A DNA stretch of 32,000 nt from Candidatus Saccharimonadota bacterium. GTDB taxonomy: Bacteria > Pseudomonadota > Alphaproteobacteria > CAJXXZ01 > 1604HC. The translations under genes and the position numbers were made by a program. Every line of letters begins with the position of its first letter. The first letter of the stretch is position 1. The stretch is from contig NZ_CP043315.1 of NCBI RefSeq assembly GCF_008189285.1, positions 595,925 to 627,924 of the forward strand. The letters are read 5' to 3'. Below, in pieces: positions 26,997 through 32,000 of this stretch. The notes beneath the pieces are model-generated. The model ran no database searches, was not told the origin of the DNA, and saw only the letters and a program-made list of their open reading frames with translations.

Positions 26997-28925
26997 TTAT
27001 AAAGAAAGTTTTTTGCTAATTTCTTTGCAAATATTTTCTGGTGTAAATCCAAGATGATTCATGATATCTTTTGCTTTTCCAGAAAAGCCAAAATTCTGAA
27101 CCCCAAGCACTAAAATATCTTTTGCATATTGTCTATATTTATACCAAATATGTGAATTACTTAATTCTATGCAAACCAATAAATCGCATTCTAACGCTTC
27201 AAATCTTTCCTCTTTGTCAAATAAATTTGTACTTATCATTGAAATTACATCAATGTTAAGATTTTCATGTTTTTTCATAAGCAAACTCGCAGTCTCATAT
27301 GCTAATTCAACCTCTGACCCTGTTCCAATAATCTTAACTGTGTAATTATGAGAAATATTATGAATTTTTCTATGGAATTTCTTAATTGTATAAGCAGATT
27401 TTATCTCTTCTTCAGAATTAATTCGCTTAATTTTCTGCCTGCTAAGCACAAGAATCGAAGGCAATTCAGAATGCAATGCCTGTTCCCATGCCCAAGCAAC
27501 TTCTAGTCCGTTAGAAGGGCGAAATACATTTAAATTAGGCATTACTCTAAAACTTTCTAAATGTTCAATAGGTTGATGAGTAGGGCCATCCTCCCCAACT
27601 GAAACTGAATCATGAGTTGCAATAAAAATCATAGGTATTTTCATCAAAGCTGCCATTCTAATTGCCGGCCTTGCATAATCAGTAAAAACAAAAAAAGTTG
27701 CACAACAACCTTTAAGTCCAGATAAAGTTATTCCACCAGTAATCGCAGTCATTCCATGCTCACGAACTCCAAAAGAAATATAATTTTCATCAATCATTGT
27801 ATTGGTAGAAATTCCCAAATCAGCAGATCCAAACACAATATCATTATGTCTCTCTGATAAATTCTTCAAAACTATACCAGAGGCCTCTCTTGTAGATATA
27901 TCTTTTTCTAATAGATGTGAAATTGATTCGCTAACTTTGTAATATTTTTCATTTTTCATTTTTTCATTTGTTGTATTTATATTATTTTTAATATCATTTT
28001 CAAAATTTGCATTTTTTTCACTACGATTATTTGCTTTAACATTATTTTCATCATTCTTATTAGTGAAATAACCATTATTTCTCTCAATTACATTATTCCA
28101 GAAGCATTTGATATCGGGAGGGGTCATGAAATCTGTATATTCCATGCAGTAATTTCTTTTCATTTCATTTATATCTTCTTTGTCTAATATTTTTCCATGA
28201 ATTTTCTCACTTTTTTCATATTTTGAACCACGCCCGATAATAGTTTTGCATCTTATAAGAGTTGGCTTATCTGATTTCTTAGCGCTCAATATAGCAAGGT
28301 CAATTTCTCCAATATTATGACCATCTATCTCTATTACATTCCAATTATAAGACTTAAAAGTCATTGGAATTTGATCGCTTCTTGATAACTCTGTAGATCC
28401 GTCTATAGTAATTTCATTATCATCCCAAAAAACTATTAATTTATTTAATTTCCATTTTCCAGCTAAAGAACACGCCTCATGAGAAATTCCTTCCATCAGA
28501 TCTCCATCACTAGCTAAAACATATGTAAAATAGTCCATATTCTTCAATTGTTCTGCTTTTGCCATTCCAATAGCCCAAGCAATGCCTTGCCCTAAAGGTC
28601 CAGTAGAAACCTCAACTAAATCATCTTTTTCTGGATGACCTGGAAGATTGGAGTGAATTTTTCTAAAAGTGTATAAATCTTTTCTATCAATTTCTTCCAT
28701 ACAATATAAAGTTGAGTAAAGTAGAGCTGACCCATGCCCAGCTGATAAAACAAATCTATCTCTATTTGAATGTTGTTTTTGAAAATTCAAATGATCAGAC
28801 CACAAAACAGTCATGACATCGGCCATTCCTAGCACTATTCCTTGATGTCCTGAATTAGCTATATCAATCATATCTAACGCAACGCATCTTAGAAAATTGG
28901 CAGCTCTTCTTTTATCGCAAATCAT
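26997..28925 (-). CDS. tkt: transketolase
   Basis: SGHQGIVLGMAD, SAGHGSALLYS, GHPE, TGPLGQGI, SDGDLMEGISHEA, REHGM, ATHDSVSVGEDGPTHQPIEHL. The inter-domain linker is N/K-rich low complexity. Confidence 0.93.
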   Translation of the reverse strand: MICDKRRAANFLRCVALDMIDIANSGHQGIVLGMADVMTVLWSDHLNFQKQHSNRDRFVLSAGHGSALLYSTLYCMEEIDRKDLYTFRKIHSNLPGHPEKDDLVEVSTGPLGQGIAWAIGMAKAEQLKNMDYFTYVLASDGDLMEGISHEACSLAGKWKLNKLIVFWDDNEITIDGSTELSRSDQIPMTFKSYNWNVIEIDGHNIGEIDLAILSAKKSDKPTLIRCKTIIGRGSKYEKSEKIHGKILDKEDINEMKRNYCMEYTDFMTPPDIKCFWNNVIERNNGYFTNKNDENNVKANNRSEKNANFENDIKNNINTTNEKMKNEKYYKVSESISHLLEKDISTREASGIVLKNLSERHNDIVFGSADLGISTNTMIDENYISFGVREHGMTAITGGITLSGLKGCCATFFVFTDYARPAIRMAALMKIPMIFIATHDSVSVGEDGPTHQPIEHLESFRVMPNLNVFRPSNGLEVAWAWEQALHSELPSILVLSRQKIKRINSEEEIKSAYTIKKFHRKIHNISHNYTVKIIGTGSEVELAYETASLLMKKHENLNIDVISMISTNLFDKEERFEALECDLLVCIELSNSHIWYKYRQYAKDILVLGVQNFGFSGKAKDIMNHLGFTPENICKEISKKLSL

Positions 28926-28946
28926 CTTTATTTCCTATCTTTTCTC

Positions 28947-30242
28947 TTATTTTTTTATACGCCTTACGCCTCTTTGTTTATCTACTTTCATCTCTCTTTT
29001 TCTATCCTGTTGGCTGTCATTTTTATGTTTTACAATCAAATTTAAATGAACGCCATAGAAATCAAAGTAGTCTATCATTCTATGCTCCAAAAATCTTAAT
29101 CTCGTTGTTTCAATAGTCCTACTGCTAAACAAAGAAAATGTAGGAGGCTTTGTACCAACTTGAACGATATATTTTATACCAGAAACACTTACTAAATCTG
29201 TATTTTTAATAGAAACAAACCACTTGTTAAGCGCTGAAGTTTTTATCTTTGTTTTCATTTTTGACTCAATTTCATTCATAACATTGAATAAATTATTAAT
29301 TCCAAAACCAGTAACTCCAGAAACAGCAACACAATTTACTCCATAAAATCTTTTCTTAATTTGTTTTTTCGCATTAGATAAAACAACCAGATCATCCATT
29401 TTATCCCACATTCCTATACCAACAACAAGGCCTTTTCCTCTGGACCATATTTTATCCATCAAAAGCAAATCTGCCCTGTTAATTCCTTGTGTAATGTCAA
29501 TTAAGACAACAAAATTGTCAGATCCATAAGCTATTTCTTTCAATAATCTATACTGACTTCCTTTTTCTAAATCAGACAAATTATTATTTCTTCTATATCC
29601 TGGGGTATCAAGCATTTTAAATGTTCTGTTTTTTCCACTTACAGTAATTTCATTAACCTCTTGAGTGGTTCCTATCTCATCTTGAGCCAAGAACCTATCT
29701 TTGCCAATTAATTTATTAAGCAATGTGGATTTTCCTACATTTGATCTTCCAATAAAACCCCATGAAGGAACTTTGTCTTGCTCGCTATCCTCAAACCAAG
29801 CTGAAACTTTATCTAGTAAATCATTTACTCCTGTGTTTTTTATAGCAGAAACATAATGAACTTCTATGCCTTTTCTGTTAGAGCTTCCTTCTCCTAAATC
29901 AGCTTTATTAGAAACAATAAAAACATTTTTCTCTTTAGACATAGCGTATTTTAAGAATTTTCTACTTGTGTCGTTCCATCCTTTGTTGTCTATAACAACC
30001 AAAAAACCATCTATACTTGGCAATTTGTCTAGAAAAGAATCGGCTTCTTCAATTCTATGAATTCCAGGAAGATCAACTAAGTTAAAATTCCTAACAGATC
30101 TAACTATAATATCTCTTGTAAGATCTTCTACATCTCCTACCAAAGAAACTTTATCGCAAATTATTTTATTAAAAAGCGAGGATTTTCCCACATTAGTTTC
30201 TCCAAGCAGAATTACATTTGGTATTGGGTCAAAAATTTTCAC
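28947..30242 (-). CDS. der: ribosome-associated GTPase Der (EngA), two G domains plus a KH-like C-terminus
   Basis: GD1 has GETNVGKS, DLPG and NKAD. GD2 has GRSNVGKS and DTPG, with a degenerate G4. GTG start in a GTGA overlap with the upstream gene. Confidence 0.9.
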   Translation of the reverse strand: MKIFDPIPNVILLGETNVGKSSLFNKIICDKVSLVGDVEDLTRDIIVRSVRNFNLVDLPGIHRIEEADSFLDKLPSIDGFLVVIDNKGWNDTSRKFLKYAMSKEKNVFIVSNKADLGEGSSNRKGIEVHYVSAIKNTGVNDLLDKVSAWFEDSEQDKVPSWGFIGRSNVGKSTLLNKLIGKDRFLAQDEIGTTQEVNEITVSGKNRTFKMLDTPGYRRNNNLSDLEKGSQYRLLKEIAYGSDNFVVLIDITQGINRADLLLMDKIWSRGKGLVVGIGMWDKMDDLVVLSNAKKQIKKRFYGVNCVAVSGVTGFGINNLFNVMNEIESKMKTKIKTSALNKWFVSIKNTDLVSVSGIKYIVQVGTKPPTFSLFSSRTIETTRLRFLEHRMIDYFDFYGVHLNLIVKHKNDSQQDRKREMKVDKQRGVRRIKK

Positions 30243-31267
30243 GAAACAAACATTCTTCCATTGTTATGAAAAGCAATTTTACTTCTCAAACAATTCGCAT
30301 CTTTTTCACTCATACCTTTAACAAGCTCTTTGTTTTGTAAATACGCAAACAAATTTCCATCCTTTGACAGTGAAAACAAAACTTCATTGCTCATAAAAAA
30401 CTCTCCCTCTGCTTTATAATGATTCAAAAACTCTCTATTAGAAACTCCATTCAAATCACATACAAAAACTTCATTGTCAAATATCAAATAAATCAAATTT
30501 TTGTTATCAAAAAACACTCTCCTTAATCCAGGAAACTCTTTTTCAGAACCATTTCCATTCATGTTCAAAGAAATAATTCTTTGATTTATTCTTGAAACTA
30601 TATTTTTCTCAGAAACAAACAAATCAAAGCTTTCTGCTGAATTAGAAGACATGTGAACCCACAAATCTTCTCCGTTAACTGGATCAAGCGATGTTATGTC
30701 TCCATCATAAGATATTTGTATTATTCTATCATTTTTAACGAAAATAGAGTTCTTCATACCAAAAGCTAGATCTTTTTTTCTTTCCCACAACACATCAAAA
30801 TTTTGATTAAAAGCCTTCAAATTCCCACTTGTGCTACAAACAAACAACCTGCCAAAAGCTTTAACAGCATCCCCCAAAGGAGACCCCAACACTCCTTTAT
30901 GTTCAATTTTATAGGAATTTTCTTTTACAGAAACAACATAAAAATTATTTGATAAATCTCCAATAATATATAAATTATCAGAAAGCTCTTTAGTTATTAT
31001 ATTTTTCTTCAAATCAATATCAATCAAAATATTTTTAATGTAAAGCTTCTTTTCTTTGTACGATATATTTGGCAATTGCAAATCAATTCTTGGAATTTCC
31101 TTCCATACAATATTTCTACTAACCTTCTTAAAACTTTTTCCCTCATGACTCAAAGCCTTCCAGTTAACATTGCTGTTGTCACACCCAAAAAGAAAGATGC
31201 ACAATAAAGATCTTGCAAAGAAACTAACTCCCAATCTTGTAAAAAACACTCGCAAAACTCCAATCAC
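30239..31267 (-). CDS. bamB: BamB-like PQQ/beta-propeller lipoprotein
   Basis: Lipobox LFGC at the end of a hydrophobic leader, and repetitive beta-strand-like sequence. The conserved yfgM-bamB-der order supports the call, but sequence similarity alone is weak. Start codon is uncertain (GTG at 31267 or an internal GTG/TTG). Confidence 0.6.
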   Translation of the reverse strand: MIGVLRVFFTRLGVSFFARSLLCIFLFGCDNSNVNWKALSHEGKSFKKVSRNIVWKEIPRIDLQLPNISYKEKKLYIKNILIDIDLKKNIITKELSDNLYIIGDLSNNFYVVSVKENSYKIEHKGVLGSPLGDAVKAFGRLFVCSTSGNLKAFNQNFDVLWERKKDLAFGMKNSIFVKNDRIIQISYDGDITSLDPVNGEDLWVHMSSNSAESFDLFVSEKNIVSRINQRIISLNMNGNGSEKEFPGLRRVFFDNKNLIYLIFDNEVFVCDLNGVSNREFLNHYKAEGEFFMSNEVLFSLSKDGNLFAYLQNKELVKGMSEKDANCLRSKIAFHNNGRMFVS

Positions 31268-31782
31268 TTAGAAATCTTTTCTTTGTCTTGAGCGGCAAAA
31301 ATAGGAAGCAAAAGGTGATTATCAGGAGAAGAAAAACAATTCATAACATCAAGCTCATGAGCCGTATCGCTCCAAGGACTATTGATGGATTTAAAAGTTC
31401 TCAAACTTTCCTTTTTTTCAAAAAGAAAGAAAATCTTAACTAAATCAGCAAAAACATCATCTTTAATTCCTGTTAATAAGTTGTGTAATTCACTTTCATG
31501 CTTTTTCGAGTAATTATTAATAATATTTGAAGCGATAATCAACCTAAGAAGATCATATCTATTGGCATCTTTTACTACCAATCGCTTCATCGTTTCATAA
31601 TCAGAACTTGTCACTGACTCAGAAGCAAGTTCTGCATTTACAAAAGCATTCCTTTTGCCATAAGAGTAATAAGACAGCCAACCAAGAAAAACAAAAGACG
31701 CAGCAAAGAACAGCTTAGATTTAAAAAAGTCCTTTACTTGATCCTTCAAATGGTCGCTTTCCAAATCTTTTAAAAAATTCAT
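31264..31782 (-). CDS. YfgM-like membrane-anchored TPR-like protein
   Basis: Acidic N-terminus, then ..VKDFFKSK.. followed by a single TM FFAASFVFLGWLSYYSY, as in YfgM, and it lies upstream of bamB-der. The track start at 31809 is a GTG, and the ATG at 31782 gives MNFLKDLE. Confidence 0.55.
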   Translation of the reverse strand: MNFLKDLESDHLKDQVKDFFKSKLFFAASFVFLGWLSYYSYGKRNAFVNAELASESVTSSDYETMKRLVVKDANRYDLLRLIIASNIINNYSKKHESELHNLLTGIKDDVFADLVKIFFLFEKKESLRTFKSINSPWSDTAHELDVMNCFSSPDNHLLLPIFAAQDKEKISK

Positions 31783-31894
31783 AACAAATTTTACTTCATA
31801 GTTATGCACTTTTCAACTTCATTATTCAACAAGAACAAAAACTGGATATTTGCTCCTCATCTAATCATTTTGACTTTTACACAGAATCCACAAC

Positions 31895-31915
31895 ACAAAT
31901 AACAAATAACAATAT
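31895..31915. repeat. 7-bp microsatellite ACAAATA x2 plus a degenerate third copy
   Basis: Read directly at 31895-31901, 31902-31908 and 31909-31915 (ACAATAT). Confidence 0.85.
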
Positions 31916-31961
31916 AATTTATATTTATTTTATTAAGGTAATTTTAAAAAAAAATAAACAC

Positions 31962-32000
31962 CTAGAATCTTTTTTAAAGATGTATTAGGATAACCCCAAG
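31962..32000 (+). repeat. copy B of the ~39-bp intergenic direct repeat (cut by the window end)
   Basis: See the copy A alignment. Same orientation as copy A. Confidence 0.8.

Noticed and set aside
27945-28065. N/K-rich low-complexity 'insertion' in transketolase (NKNDENNVKANNRSEKNANFENDIKNNINTTNEKMKNEK)
   Set aside because: The segment has about the same length as the normal helical linker between the PP and Pyr domains. It is compositional decay of an existing linker in an AT-rich genome, not an inserted module.

Overview
Visibly AT-rich, very tightly packed bacterial chromosome segment using the standard code (TGA stops, TGG Trp), with many ATGA/TAATG/GTGA start-stop overlaps. It reads as core genome of a reduced, fast-evolving proteobacterial symbiont or parasite. 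An alphaproteobacterium-like origin is a tentative guess, based on a CckA-type hybrid kinase H-box, an adrenodoxin-type ferredoxin and yfgM-bamB-der synteny. Left to right: cca (partial), tatD, tRNA-Cys, an orphan ORF coupled to priA, a 39-bp tandem repeat, a gp25/TssE/IraD-like orphan, recA, a shortened gpsA, a hybrid histidine kinase, ferredoxin, rimM-rpsP fused to an MFP+RND efflux pair and a BI-1 family protein (all minus strand). Then comes a long plus-strand super-operon (HAD, trmD-rplS-rpsL-rpsG-fusA-rpsJ-rplC-rplD-rplW-rplB-rpsS-rplV-rpsC-rplP), an orphan membrane protein, a 663-bp empty spacer, and tkt-der-bamB-yfgM on the minus strand. I see no transposase, integrase, CRISPR array, restriction/defence genes or toxin-antitoxin pair, and I cannot support a multi-gene novel system here. 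The points most worth a second look are: (i) an intact orphan gp25/TssE/IraD-fold gene in the recX position; (ii) a ~39-bp direct repeat at both edges of a 6.8-kb block that cuts the ribosomal-protein cluster after rplP; (iii) an S12 with both classical streptomycin-resistance lysines replaced; (iv) an efflux pump translationally coupled to rpsP within a split rpsP-rimM/trmD-rplS operon; (v) an in-frame 13-codon tandem repeat. All functional calls come from motif recognition by eye, with no database search.
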